Of a DNA stretch of 64,000 nt, positions 24,161 through 37,875 are shown piece after piece. Below the pieces are notes generated by a model that had not been told where the DNA came from, made no database searches, and was given only the letters and a program-made list of their open reading frames with translations. Both the position numbers and the translations under genes were made by a program. This DNA is from Mobula birostris. Its lineage: Eukaryota. The stretch covers positions 17,291,258-17,355,257 of the forward strand of contig NC_092386.1 of assembly GCF_030028105.1 (NCBI RefSeq). The letters are read 5' to 3'. The first letter of the stretch is position 1. Every line of letters starts with the position of its first letter.

Positions 24161-25134
24161 CCTTTCTCCTTCCAGCCCTTCAAACCGTGCCACTCAGCAA
24201 TCCCCCAATTTTAATCCTAGCCTAGTCTCAGGACAATTTACAGTGACCATTTGACCTACCAATCGGTACATCTTTGGACTGTGGAAGGAAACTGGAGCGC
24301 CCAGAGGACACATGATTACGGGGAAAACATAGAAACTGTAAAGTGTTGTGCTAACCACTACACTACCGTGCTACCCCTTTCTATAGTACTGTGACCACAA
24401 CTGCATACAACATTCCGACTGTGACTTTAACCTAGGTCTTCTCGGGCTGCAACAGGCACCCCATCTCTTATTCTCAATACACCAGCCTACGAAAATATTT
24501 AAGCACCTTCTTTAATACCCTGTCCACCCGTGTCACCTCTTTCATGGAGCAATAAGCTTGCACCCAAGAATCAGAATCAGGTTTATTATCACTGGCATGT
24601 GTCATGAAATGTCTTGTTTTGTGGCAGTGGTAGAGTGCAATACATAAAACAATTCTGTAAGTTACAATAAGGAATATATAAAAACAATATACGTAGTGCA
24701 AAAATAGAGCAAAATAGTGCGGTACTTCTCATGGGTTCATGAAACATTCAGAAATCTGATGACAGAGGGGAAGTAGCTGTTCCTAAAATGTTACGTGTGC
24801 ATCTTCCTCCTCCCTGATGCTAGCAATGGGAAAGAGGGCATGTGGAAGATTGGTCTGTATTAGGTGTTGATTGTCTTTGGAGTTGATTTAATCTCCTATC
24901 CATGATTCTACATATCAGAGTATCAGCAAGGGATGATGTGAGAATTATCATTGACACCGTCAATTATGAATTCATTGAATCAGGAATTAATTTAGTCTCA
25001 TTTAATTCTTTGATTTCATGTTGCTTAATGTAAGGACTAAAATTGTTCATTCCCAGGATACTTCAGTCGTTAACTTTGCCAAAGTAACACTTAGCTGACA
25101 CTGTAGTTTAGTATAATTTCTGTCACTTCTGCCT

Positions 25135-26145
25135 GGATTAGAAAACATGTCTTGAGGATAGGCTGAGTCAGCTTGGGCTTTGCTGTCTGGGGTGAAGGAG
25201 GATGACAGGCAACTTGATAGAGATGTACAAGACAATAAGGGGCATGGATCAAGGGAGCAGCCAGCACCAGTGTGGAAATGGTTAATATGAGAAGGCATAA
25301 TTTTACAGAGATTGGTGGAAAGTATAGAGGGAATGTCAGAGGTAAGTTTTGAGAGGGTGTGTTTGTGGAAAGCCCTGTCAGGGGTGGTGGGGAAGGCAGA
25401 TACATTAAGGGCATTTAATAAACTCTTAGATAGGCACATGGATGATAAAAGTTGGAGAGCTATGTGGAAGAGAGGAGTTAGATTGACCTTAAAGTTAAAA
25501 GGTCAGCACATTATGGGGTGCAGGGCCTGTATTGTGCTATAATGTTTTCTATTCCTTTTAATGTTTCTTTTAATAATGGTCTGTACATACTGGCTGTGTG
25601 GTGAAAAAGGCACAACAGCATCTCTTTCGCCTCAGACGATTGAGGAAGTTTGGTATAGGTCCCTAAATCCTAAGAACTTCCTACAGAGGCACAATTGAGA
25701 GCATCTTGGCTGGCTGCATCACTGTCTGGTATGGGAACTGTACCTCCCCTATTCGCATGACTTTGCGGAGTGTGGTGCAGACAGCCCGGCGCATCTGTAG
25801 TTGCGAACTTCCCACGATTCAGGATATTTACAAGGACAGATGTGTAAAAAGGGCCCATAGGATCATTGGGGACCTGAGTCATCCCAACTACAATCTATTC
25901 CAGCTGCTACCGTCCAGAAAACAATACTGCAGCATAAAAGCCAGGACCAACAGGCTCCAGGACAGCTTCTTCCACCAGGCCATCAAACTGATGAACTCAT
26001 GCTGACTTGAGGGTACTCTATATCACATTAATTGTTCTATTTATTATAAATTATGATTGCACATTGCACATTTAGATGGAAATGTAACATAAAGATTTTT
26101 ACTCATGTACGGTATGTGAAGGATGTAAGAAATAAAGTCAATTTA
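25135..26145 (+). mobile_element. CR1 3' fragment (25135-25550) followed by Rex1/Babar 3' fragment (25585-26145)
   Basis: ORF 25312-25542 (CR1 C-term) and ORF 25706-26005 (AGCITVWYGNC..LPSRKQYCSIKARTNRLQDSFFHQAIKLMN). Confidence 0.85.
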
Positions 26146-26754
26146 ATAATGTTTCCTAGAGGTTTGCATGACCTTACGAGGAAAATGGTTATCTAGACAG
26201 TTGTAAGATAAGGGATGACAAGGTGAAATCAGTTGCCATCTGTTATTCTGAAAGGAAATACATCCTTTTGGAAGATTTTTATTTTCAAAATAAGTTCTGT
26301 CATGCCATAAACAAAGTAAACAGAAACACACTACATTTGGTATTAGTGTTAAAACTGAAATGCAATATTAGTTACAAGTTCTCCTGACTATATGAGGCCA
26401 AATTCAAGGACAGATGTTGTGTTTTATCCTCGGGTAGTTTGATAAAACAGTATTATCATGGAAGGGAACATTTGTCATATAACAACGGAGATTCTTTTGA
26501 CCACTATTATGATCTATATTGCAGTGAATAGTCCAAATCGGAGAGGGTGATCAGGGAAATATATTAGTAATTTAAAAAATGAAGTTTAAAAGCAGCAAAG
26601 CACTTAAGACTTATGGTTAACTTTTAAATTTGCAGAGATGAAAAATAAATGAATTGATATGTTAATAATAAATTGATAATGATCAGAGATTTTTAGTTTT
26701 GTTAGCACATCTATAATCAGCCATTACAACAGCCCAAGGTCAGCCACCAATAAA

Positions 26755-27335
26755 AGTTCCTGGGTGTCAGGGTCTATCCTGGTCCAACATATTGATGCAA
26801 TTACAAAGAGTAATTATAAAGCACAAATAGCTATATTGCATTAGGAGTTTGAAGAGAATATTTATGTCACCAAAGATACTTGCAAATTTCTACAGGTGGA
26901 GAGCATTCTAATTGGTTGCATCACTGTCTGGTATGGAGGGGCCACTGCATAGGATCAGAAAAAGCTGCAGAAAGTTGTAAACTCAGCCAGCTCTATCATG
27001 GGCATTAGCCTCCCCAGCATCCAGGACACCTTCAAAAGGCGATGGCTCAAAAAGGCAGCATCATCATTAAGGATGTCCTTCACATTGGACTTGCCCTCTT
27101 TTCAGTTCTAACATCAAGGAAGAGCTACAGGATCCTGAAGACACACACTCAACATTCCAGATACAGCATCTTCCCCTCTACCATCAGATTTCTGAATGGA
27201 CAATGATCCCATGAACACCACCTCAGTATTATCCTCTTCTTTTTACACTACATATTTAATTTATATGTTATTATATATACTTATTGGAATTTATAGTTTT
27301 TATTGCTATGCATTGCAATGTACTGCTGCCACAGT
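26755..27335 (+). mobile_element. Rex1/Babar 3' fragment
   Basis: ESILIGCITVWYGG..RKKLQKVVNSA-type RT C-terminus and 3'UTR; similar copy at 31765-32270. Confidence 0.75.
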
Positions 27336-28229
27336 AGATGGATGGCACATGATTACACAACCACATCATTAGCTCCTAATTGCCTCTGAGGAGACAATTA
27401 ATAGTCAATAACATTGGTTGGTCTACAAACACATACTCGTGAAGAAAGGTAAGGATTACTATTGATTGTAATTTCCTGGTTCATAATCTGCATCACTGTT
27501 ATAAAGCTGTTCTTTTTGGACCAGACTTTTGTCACGTGATACCAGAGATCAAAACCACCTTCTATCATCCTAATGACTTTCACTATGACTCATAAGGAGG
27601 CCAGATTGAAAAATGTTTTACTGTTCTGTACTGTAACCATTCACTCTGTGTAATGGAAATAGAGAATGACTGGCAACTACTTGACTGATATACTTGCATT
27701 GGCACAAGATAATGATGTGCTTTTATGTAGGAAAGGAATGTCAAAGAGTATGGAAAACCAGATCAAATTTTCTTTTTAATTACATGTAATCTTTCTAAAA
27801 TGCATGGATAACTGAGTGATGAGTGATAGACATACATTTGGGATTGTATTGTCATAGCTGTACAATACGACATGAAGGTACCACATTCATGTCAACCATT
27901 CGGCACCTGATAAAGTAGCCACTGAGTGTAAACTCGTGGAAATTTATCATTTAACATAACTTACTAGTATGTTGCTTGGATGCAAAGAGAAATCAGAGAA
28001 CCTCTGGAAAACCAACAAGATCACAGGAGATCAGGCAAACTCAAAAAGACACAGCAACAAATTTTTGGAATTTTAAGGCTGCCGCATTCGGCTACTCTGT
28101 GTTTTACTCTGTCTTACCTTACCAGCCATCCAACAGGCAGAAATAGCATTAAATATATCTGAGTATAGATCAGGTCAATATAGGTATTAAATATACCTAT
28201 GTATCAACCAGGTACTATAAATATAGATG

Positions 28230-28790
28230 CAGTGGATTCCAGTTGATTGGGCCATCGGTTAATCAGGACAGCCACTTATTTGGCACAATTCTTAAAGAAC
28301 AAAAACTAATCAAGAAAATAGCCAGGATTCCCTTCGTTTATTTGAGACACAATGCCACTTAATTGGGGCAGGAAACAGTTGCCAAACAATTTCTAGCTAG
28401 CATCTGAGGCATGCACGTGTGTGGTAGTTGACACTACACCATGTTTAGAGAGAACAGATTTTAGATAGTGCCAGTTGTGTGCACTTGTGTTCAAAACAAC
28501 AACGATTTTTGTCACTGATAGTTGGCAATTAGTAAGCAGTAGGGCAATTCAGAACTGTTTTGCTTACTGTCGTTTCAATCATTCGGGCTTGAAGATGTCA
28601 GAAATGGACAGCAGCAAAAATGAAATGATTTCACTACTTCAACAAGTTAAGAACTACAAAGAAGTTGAAGGTAGTGACCACTATCTCCAATGTTACAATG
28701 GAACTGAAGATTTGGACCATGCAATTATTGATACCATTTAATGAAGACAGTCCATTATCTACATTAGGTAGATAATCAAGAGCATAGTAA
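28230..28790 (+). mobile_element. pogo/Tigger-like DNA transposon remnant
   Basis: TIR-like CAGTGGATTCCAGTTGATTGGG and ORF 28475-28741 (DSWQLVSSRAIQNCFAYCRF), resembling the Tigger transposase C-terminus. Confidence 0.55.
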
Positions 28791-28802
28791 AGAATTTTTA
28801 CA

Positions 28803-29835
28803 ATTCAATTGAATTGACTTTATTTCTTACATCCTTCACACACGAGTGAAAATCTTTATGTTACATCTCCATCTAAATGTGCAATTATTGTAATTTATAA
28901 TAAATAGAACAGTTAATGTAACAAATACACTCAGATGGCCTGGTGGAAGAAGCTGTCCCATAGCCTGTTGGTCCCAGCTTTTATGCTGTGATACCATTTC
29001 CTGGATGGAAGCAACTGGAATAGATTATGGTTGGGGTGACTCGGGGCCCCAAAGATTCTACGGCTCTTTTTACACACCTGCCTTTGTAAATATCCTGAAT
29101 CATGGAAAGTTCATGACTGCAGATGCGCTGGGCTGTCCGCACCACTCTCTACAGAGTTCTGCGATTAAGGCAGGTACAGTTCCCATACCAGGCAGTGATG
29201 CAGCCAGTCAGGATGCTCTCAATTGTGCCCCTATAGAAAGTTCTTATGATTTGGGGGCCCATACCAAACTTCCTCAAATGTCTGTGGTAAAGGGGCGCTT
29301 TTGTGCCTTTTTCTCCACATAGCTGGTGTGTACAGACCATGTGAGATTCTTGGTGATGTAGATGCCAAGGAACAAAGCTGCTTACACTCTCAACCCCAGA
29401 TCCATTGATGTCAATAGGGGTTAGCCAGTCTCCATTTTTCCTGTAAGCCACGTCCAGCTCCTTTGTTTTTGCAACATTGAGGGAGAAGTTGTTTTCTTGA
29501 CACTGCTGTGTCAGAGAAATGACTTCTTCCCTGTAGGCCACCTTGTTATTTCTTGAGATTAGGCCAATCAATGTAGTGTCGTCAGCAAATTTAATTAGCA
29601 GATTAGAGCGGCGGGTGGCGAACAGTCATGGGTATATAGGGAGTAAAGGAGGGGACTTAGTACACAGCCATGAGGGGTTCCTGTGCTGAGAGTCAGAGGG
29701 TTGGAGGTGACGGAGCCCACTCTTACCACCTGCCGGTGATCTGACAGGAAGTCTAGGATCCAGTTGCACAAGGCAGGGTCAAGGCTGAGGTCTCTGAGCT
29801 TCCTGTTGAGTCTGGATGGAATTATGGTGTTGACA
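28803..29835 (-). mobile_element. Rex1/Babar 3' part
   Basis: [15 protein letters not shown] motif at ~29560-29595, ORF 29149-29571, (TTCAA)n tail. Same subfamily as 25585-26145 and 58105-59378. Confidence 0.9.
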
Positions 29836-30214
29836 CTTCTAACCTAACATTCTAAATCCATTCCTCAAACTGAGGGATGATACCTTGGATAAACAGATGC
29901 TTCTTTTGTCCCAGTTACTGTTGGCCACAGAGGTATCAACTACTAAAACTATCAGTTTGATAGTACTAACACTACTTCTCAGGCTTGGAAGATTGTGCGA
30001 TTCATGTGGCTGTTTACTAGGCTTCCCCATAATATATCAAAGACTCAGCCTAAGTATAGAAACAGTCTTTCAATATTCAGTTTCACCACTGTCAGAAGTG
30101 TGGGCGGCTGGCATTAGAAAGTTCCAGCCAGAGTTTTTAAAACTGCAAACAGAGGTGTAACAGGGGCCTGTGTAAAGAGGATCACTCAAAGACAACAATA
30201 AGATTGGAATCACC

Positions 30215-31750
30215 AACAAAAAAAAAAAAATCTGCAGATGCAGGAAATCTGAGCAACGCACACAAAATGCTGGAGGAGCTCAACAGGCCAGGCAGCATCG
30301 ATGGAAAAAAGTACCGTCGACGTTTTGGGCAAAAACCCTTCAGCAGGACTGGAGAAAAAAAGCTGAGGAGTAGGTTTAAAAGGTAGGGGGAGGGGAGAGA
30401 GCATCACCAGGTGATAGGTGAAACCTGGAGGGGGAAGGATGAAGCAAAGAGCTGGGAAGTTGACTGGTGAAAGAGACAGAAGGCTATGGAAGAAAGAAAA
30501 AGGAGGAAGGAGCGCCAGAGGGAAGTGATGGGTGGGCAAGGAGATAAGGTGAGAGAGGCAAAAGGGGATGGGAAATGGAGAAGGGTGGGAGGGATGTCTG
30601 GGGGGCATTACCAGATTTTGAGAAATTGAGGTTCATGCCATAGGGTTGGAGGCTACCCAAATGGAATATAAGGTGTTGTTCCTCCAAGCTAAGTGTGGCC
30701 TTATCATGACAGTGGAGGAGGCCATGGATGGACATATCGGAATGGCAATGGGAAGTGGAATTAAAATGGGTGGCCACTGGGAGATCCCACTTTTTCTGGC
30801 GTAGATGCCCAGTGAAGCAGTCTCCCTATCTATGCCAGGTCTCAATGTACAGGAGCACCGAACACAGTAAATGACCCCAACAGACTCACAGGTGAAGTGT
30901 TGCCTCACCCAGAAGGACTCTTTAGGGCCCTGGATAATAGTGAGGGATCCACAGGGGCAGGTGTAGCAGTTGCTCTGCTTGCAAGGATAAGTGCCAGGAG
31001 GGAGATCAGAGGGGAGGGACAACTGGACATGGAGCCGCATAGGCAGCGATCCCTGTGGAAAGCAGAAAGTTGGGGGGGGAGGGAAAGATGTGCTTGGTAG
31101 TGGGATCCCGTTGGAGATGGCGGAAGTTTTGGAGAATTATGTGCTGGATGTGGAGGCTGGTCAGGTGGTAGATGAGGACAACAGGAACCCTATCCCTGGT
31201 AGGGTGGCGGGAGGACTGGGTGCGTGAAATGGAAGAGATGCGGTTGAGGGCAGTGTTGATGGTGGAGGAAAGGAAGCTCCTTTCTTTGAAAAAGGAGGAC
31301 ATCTCCTTCATTCGAGAATGAAAAGCCTCATTCTGAGAGCAGATGTGGTGGAGACGATGGGTGGGATGAGGTGTAGTTCAGGTAGCTGTGAAAGTCCGTG
31401 AGTTTGTAATAGATATTGGTGGATAAGCTGTCTCCAGAGATAGAGATAGTGAGATCAAGAAAGGGAAGAGAGGTGTCGGAAATGAAACAGGTAAATTTGA
31501 GGTCAGGGTGGAAGTTGGAGGCAAAGTGGATGAAGTTGACAAGTTCAGCATGGGTGCAGGAAGCAGAACAATGCAGTCGATGTAGCATAGCAAAAGTTAA
31601 AGACGGTCACCTGGGTAGGCTTGGAACACAAGACTGTTCCACGTAGCTGACAAACAGGCAGGCATAGCTACGACCCATACGAGTGCCCATGCCTACCCCT
31701 TTTATTTGATGGAAGTGGAGGCGCCAAGGGAGAAATTATTGAGAGTGAGG
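30215..31750 (-). mobile_element. Penelope-like element (Neptune-type), 5'-truncated and frameshifted
   Basis: ORFs 31328-31588, 31006-31311, 30633-31040 and 30484-30777: RT thumb, Cys-rich linker (PCKQSNCYTCP), GIY-YIG (VIYCVRC), then a terminal repeat with a mutated hammerhead. Confidence 0.9.
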
Positions 31751-33134
31751 TCATTCCTCTAGCACACTTCTACAGATGTACTATGGAGAACATTCTAACT
31801 GGTTGCATCACCATCTGGCACTGAGGGGCCACTGCACAGGATGAGAAAAAGCTTGAGAGGGTTTGAAACTCAGCCAGTTCCATCAGAGGCACTGGCCTCT
31901 CCAGGACTGAAGACATTTCCAAAAGGCGATGCCTCAAAAAGGCGGCATCCATCATTAAGAACCCCCATCACCCAGGACTTGTTCTCTTCTTATTACTACT
32001 GTCAGGGAAGAGGTACAGGAGCTTGAAGACACACACTCAATGTTTTAGCTCTTCCCTTTTGCCATCAGATTTCTGAATAGACAATGAACCCATGAACACA
32101 ACCTCACTATTTTTGGTCTCCTTTTGCACTGCTTCTTTAATTTAATGTGTGTGTGAATTTCTTTTGTAATTTATTGTATTTTAATGTATTGTATTGCACC
32201 GCTGCTGCAAAAGAACAAATTTGACAACATATGTCAGTGATATTAAACCTGAATCTGATTCTGATTCTGAATTGAAACTCAAGACTTTGGGGTGCCTGAC
32301 GCAGCTGGTGCTGAGTAGATACTCTCTTCCTTCCCCTTTCAGCCAGGCTGACCGAATTGTGGCAACTCAGCTGAAATGGGACCTATATCCTCGCAAGGGG
32401 GCTTGACTGGACATTGGGACAGGGCAATAAGATTGGAACTTAATGGGGATTCAGTAAGGAGAGGAACTGTTACAAAGTGCACTGGCAATGTCAGAACCCA
32501 AGTGCGGAGGAAAGGCAGACTTCAAAAGAACATCGGTGGCTTGGCTAAGCGACATTGCGAGACATAACATTATCCAAACTAGGACCCAACAATTTCTGTC
32601 TGCTTAAATAATGCAAGTAACAAGAAATCCCAGAGTTATCAAAATAAATTGAAGAAGTTCAAACAGAAAGCACCAGGAGATCCCATTACAAAGAGCGAGT
32701 CGTTCAAGAGAGAAAAAACACAAGGAACTCTAAATGATTAACGACTCTCATTAGAAACAATTAACCAATTCAGGCACTCTAAAAACCTGCGCCAAAAACT
32801 CTCTGGTGCCCTGCACATGCCTGAAGAGCTCATTACAGAAACAAAACATAAATGGAAGTTGGAAAAGTAGCAAGCAAAATAAATAGTCAACTGAAACAAA
32901 GGCAAACAGCAACTGGGTCAAAATAGGAGGAAAAAACACTTCTTAAAATGGCAAAATTGAAAGTGTACCAAAAGGCTTACAGTACTCACAGCAATGTAGA
33001 TGGAATGACACAGAGTTAAATCTAATTGCTGTTAAAGAAAAGCATCTTAGGCTGACCAAAGCTGGAAGAAAGACATTCAAGAATATTTGTCATCTTAGCA
33101 AGAACAGTCAAAAGGGGAAAGAGAGTGTACTGAG

Positions 33135-33530
33135 CAGACCCCAACCTGATGGCATGAACATCCATTTCTCTAACTTCCTGTTATAAAAGGTGGGATTTCC
33201 TAGTGGCCACCTATTTCACTTCAACTTCCCATTCCAACATGTTGGTCCATGACCTCCTCTGCTGCCACCATGAGGTCACACTCAGATTGGAGGAGCAACA
33301 GTCCATATTCTGTCTGGATAGCCTCCAACCTGATGGCATGAATATTGATTTCTCTAACTTCAGGTATTTCTCTTCCCTCCCCCTACTCTCTTTTTTCACT
33401 CCCCATTCTGGTCCCTTCTCTTGTCCTCCCATGCCCATCACCTCCCTCCGATGCCTATCCTCCTTCCCTTTGTCCCATGATCCACTGTCCTCTCCTATCA
33501 GATTCCTTCCCCTTCAGCCCTTTACCATTA
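33135..33530 (+). mobile_element. Penelope GIY-YIG C-terminal fragment
   Basis: ORF 33203 (ATYFTSTSHS..LRLEEQQSIFCLDSLQPDGMNIDFSNFR). Confidence 0.75.
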
Positions 33531-33779
33531 TGCTTACAAAACAAACTGGATATCAAAAGATCAGATTTAGCTATTACTGGGTGAACAGACAGTTCATAAA
33601 GGAGTTTGGGGAAAGCATATAGAGCCATTCACAGATATTTCCCTTTCTGACAAGCCTCAATAGAGACTGGGTAGATTACCCCACTCTTGTAGTGACTGTT
33701 ATGTTAGTTCTGTTTGTGAAACTCCTGATCATTCTGTGATCAATACCCCCAGATAACCAAGGCTTCCTAGCCACGTTTC

Positions 33780-34500
33780 CAATAGCCTGTCCTGGTCGAA
33801 CCATGTTAATGTCACAGTCAAGAAAGCTCACCAATGCTTCGACTTTCTCAGGAATCTAAAGAAATTCGGCATGCCCCGCTCTTACTAATTTTTATCAATG
33901 CTCCATAGAAAGCATTCTGTCTGGACGCCTAACGGCTCGGCGTAGTAACTGCTCGGCACACGACCGCAAGAAACTGCAGAGTGTTAATGACTGCAGCTCA
34001 GCACATCACAGGAACCAGCCTCCTCTCTATGGACTCAGTCTATACGCTCGCCGTCTCAGCCAGCTTAGTGAAAACACAACCACCTCGATCGACGTTATCT
34101 CTTCTCATCTCTCCCTTCAGGGAAAAAATACAAAGGCCTGAAAGCACGGACCACCAGGCTCAAGGATAGCTTCTATCCTACTGTTATCGGACTCTTGAAC
34201 AGCCCTCTTGTACAATAAAGACAGCAAGCCAGGCAGTATCTATCGAAAAGAGTAAACAGTCAAAGTTTCTGGCCGAGAAACGAAGGGGCTCGGCCCGAAA
34301 CGTCCACAGATGCTGCCTGGCCTGCTGAGTTCCTCCAGCATTTTGTGCGTATCGCTTGGATTTCCAGCATCTTGTGTTTGTGTTCTTGTACGATAAGATG
34401 GACTCTTGGTCTTACTACTTACCTAGTATTATGATCTGGCACTTTATTATTTACCTGCATTGCACTTTTTTCGGTAGTTTTTACATTCGTAATTATTATT
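33780..34500 (+). mobile_element. Rex1/Babar 3' fragment containing a fold-back Penelope-derived insert (34219-34383)
   Basis: The insert has head-to-head terminal-repeat halves flanked by TCTTGTAC(A/G)ATAA at 34206-34218 and 34384-34396. Confidence 0.75.
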
Positions 34501-35644
34501 GTTTTATAATTTAGACACGATACCTGGTTACAAGTATAAAGATGTGATAATGACAACACCAAAGTAAACGGTTTCTTCATCCTCAATGGCAGCTACCCTA
34601 TTGGATTCATACCTAATCACAATTAACTTTACTCGTAATACATGAATTACAAATTACTGCTGGAATTAAACGTTTTCAAAAGAATTCCTAGGAAACTTTA
34701 ATTTATTTGGTCGAGTACAGTTTTGCCGATGCTGTAATTTAGTTTGCTGAAGCGACAAGATGAGGAAAATGCGCACCTCTTGAATTGTTTTCAAAGCCTC
34801 AAAGGGAAATGATTAGCATGCAGGCCAATGGAAGGCAGGTAGAAATAGTTTGCTTTGAAGCATCTATTTTGTTTTGAACGCCTTTGAAGGGGTTCGTTCA
34901 TAAAAGCACAAGTCATACTATAATTATCAAAGACAGACTCCGCCAGTAGTCGTTAAAAGCTCATGCCTGTTTTTTTCCTCCACAAATTCTAGTGGGAGGC
35001 AAATTTGGAAACCGGGTACAGTAAAGTTTATCACCTTTTATCTCCTCTGTTCGGGGAGATAAAAAAAAACAGTGGAACGATCGTTTTGTTCTCCTTCGAC
35101 AGCTGAAAGACTTGCGGCAGAAGTGCATGTTTGGTTGCCCACCCAAACATGCAAAACAATGGCATACGTTTTATAAAAAAGAACTGAATCTCGAAAGCAG
35201 AGTCCCACACATAGCTGTCAGTATGTAGCATAGTGCGTGTGACACATATGACTAAGGACCCGTTGTGGTCACATTTTGTCCATCTGGTCCTGGTCTCATC
35301 CAAGGTCTCCATCACCTGTTAAACCACGTTCCGTCACCAACATATTTGCACCAAATTTGAGAGCATGAAGGGGATGTTCCTCCAAAAATGAGAGAAGATT
35401 TTAAAGGAAAGGAATACCAGGAACAGGTATTCACGTTAACAGGTTTTAAATAGTTGGTTAATATAAAATATTTCCAATTGGTTGTCTTTTTGATTTAATA
35501 AGTTTTCTCCCCAGTACTCCTGAATTTAGTCAATGGCTTGTTAATTTGTCTTTTTGTTACATTTCTGCAAATCTTTAAAATGTTTTGAAAGCGTTTTAAA
35601 TGTTCCTATACAATTCTGGAGCCATTCCAGTTATCTCTCTCGGA

Positions 35645-36022
35645 AGTACTCAGCAAGTCTTAGGCACCCTAGGCTTTAATATGTTGTCGATGGTGTAGTC
35701 TCCACAGAGCCCTGTTCTCAACATCATCGAGGCTGTTTGGGATGACCTGGAGAGACAGCGGGAAGAACTGTGGTAAGTTCTCCAAGATGCTTGAAACAAC
35801 CTACCAGCCGATTTTCTTATAAAACTGCACAAGCGTACGCAAGAGAATTAACGCCTTTTAAAAGCAAAGGGTGGTTACACCAAATATTGATTTGATTTAG
35901 TTTTCTACAGTTTATTGCTCTTTATAATATTTTTGATATTTAGAAACTTTTCATTTTATTATTTTTGAAAGCATCTGCACTTTACGTAATTATTTACATG
36001 TGCCCAAGACTTTTGCACAGTA
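35645..36022 (+). mobile_element. Internally deleted Tc1 transposon; TIR-only minis at ~36402-36478 and 37267-37343
   Basis: PQSPVLNIIEAVWDDL..KGGYTKY* transposase C-terminus; TIR CAGTACTGTGCAAAAGTCTTAGG. Confidence 0.75.
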
Positions 36023-36702
36023 TAGACTTACAACAACATTTCCCCCCTAAACGGATCACGATGAGTGGTAAAACCCATTTTTTAAAAATGCAAGTCAGAA
36101 GTAGCTATGGTTAGTTCGCTGGTGACCACAAAATCCGGACCACTGTATTCGTTCCTACTACCTATGGCGATGGGAAGACAAATGGGTTACTTGTCTACTT
36201 CAACCCAAATTATGTTCATTAAAAAGGAAGCTCTGCATAAGGTCCCCAGCAATACTTGATGTATAGCATCACGATTTTGCTGTCTTCCTTACACCATTTT
36301 TCAAAAGAATTCCCTTGTATACGAGAAGCAGCCATTTAACTTGAGTTTTTAAATCTCAGGCTGTTTGTGTATGGCTGAAGAGAAGAGTGAAAGAATATCT
36401 ACAGTAGAGTGCGAAGAGGTCTTAAGCACATACTGTACATACGTAGCTAGGATGCCTAATACTTTTGGCACGGTACTATAGTAATTTTATGTATTTCACT
36501 ATACTGCTGCCGCAAAACAAAAAAAAACATATTTCAAGACATATGTGAGCGATGATAAATCTGATTCTGATATGCGTTTCTATTGTGGACTGAAAGTGGA
36601 AAGGGGGCAGGGAGAGGGGGTCATGGTTGGGAAAAGAGGAAGGGAGAGGGGAGAGAGCGGGAAGCACCAGAAAGACGTTCTGTAAAGAACAATAAACTAT
36701 TT

Positions 36703-37089
36703 TGTTACACGAGCGTGGCGGTGGGCGAACCCAAGTGCAGGACAAGGGCGCGGGTCAGAGTCTGGAGGCGTTATTGCCGTAGCGAGCGTGGAATCGGTTT
36801 CCAGGAGAGTCTTTACCTGAAGTCTTGGGTTTGGAGAGAATCCAGCAGCGATACTAGACTTAGAACTGATAGTCCTAAGGCCCATGAAACGAGTTTACTC
36901 ACACCGGAGTCGACCAATGAACTGGCAGCTCCTTATTGTGACCACAGGACCTTTATCCCGCATTTTTTGACGGAAAGCAGGTGTGTGTAGTTCGTGGAAC
37001 CTGGAATGATTGGAATTAAACGAGGGGATTGAGGCCCAATTCCTGAAGTAAATAGCAAGGTGGGGGGATTGCCAGAAGGGACCATGACA
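36703..37089 (-). mobile_element. Solo LTR (387 bp)
   Basis: TG...CA termini with a 5-bp TSD TATTT (36698-36702, 37090-37094). Orientation inferred from the related 18050 LTR. Confidence 0.75.
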
Positions 37090-37499
37090 TATTTTAAAAA
37101 AATCAGATGACGTTGCCTGGCGTCTCAGGTCTGGGTGCGTCTGCAGATGCGCTACACTTCACCCCTTCTCGGCCTCCTGTCCCACACGGCGCACCACCCT
37201 GGACATTCCCAACTTCCTTCGCTCCCGCCACATTTACAAACTCGTTCTCCGCTCCTGGTTGACAAGCAGTCCTGTGCAAAAGTCTTAGGCGTTCTAGATT
37301 TCTATATATATATATGTCCCTAAGACTTTTGCACAGTACTGTATTACAACATGCCAAAGTTGGAAAATTACCTGGATTGACACATGCGCAGCACATGCAT
37401 TGTAGTCGTGTCTGGCCGGAAATGTTCCACGGTAAAACAATCAGTGACATCATCAAAAGGACACAATTTGAATAATTTAATGCAACAGTTTCAATTGCA

Positions 37500-37875
37500 A
37501 CAAGACACACAAATTGCTGGAGGAACTCAGCAGGTCGGACAGCATCTATGGAGGGGAATAATCAGCAGCTGTTTAGGGCTCAGACGCTTTATCTAGCCTT
37601 GACGTCTTCCAGCTGTCACTTCCCAGCTTCTTATGTAGTCCCCACTTCATCATCCCCACTTTACCCCTCACCAGTTTCACCAATCAGCTACAGACGTGTA
37701 TTCCTTACCTTCCCCCTTTCCTATTCTGGCTTCTGCCCCCTTCTTGTCCTGTTCTGATGGCCCAAAACATCAACAGTTTATTCCTCTCCAAAGATGCTGC
37801 AACATTTGCATATTTCCTCCACCATTTTGTGTTTGCTCATCAAGATGTCCAGCATCTACAGAATCTCATGTGCTT
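37500..37875. mobile_element. Old fold-back pair of Penelope terminal repeats
   Basis: Minus-strand half (37500-37595) joined to a plus-strand half (37600-37875). Confidence 0.65.
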
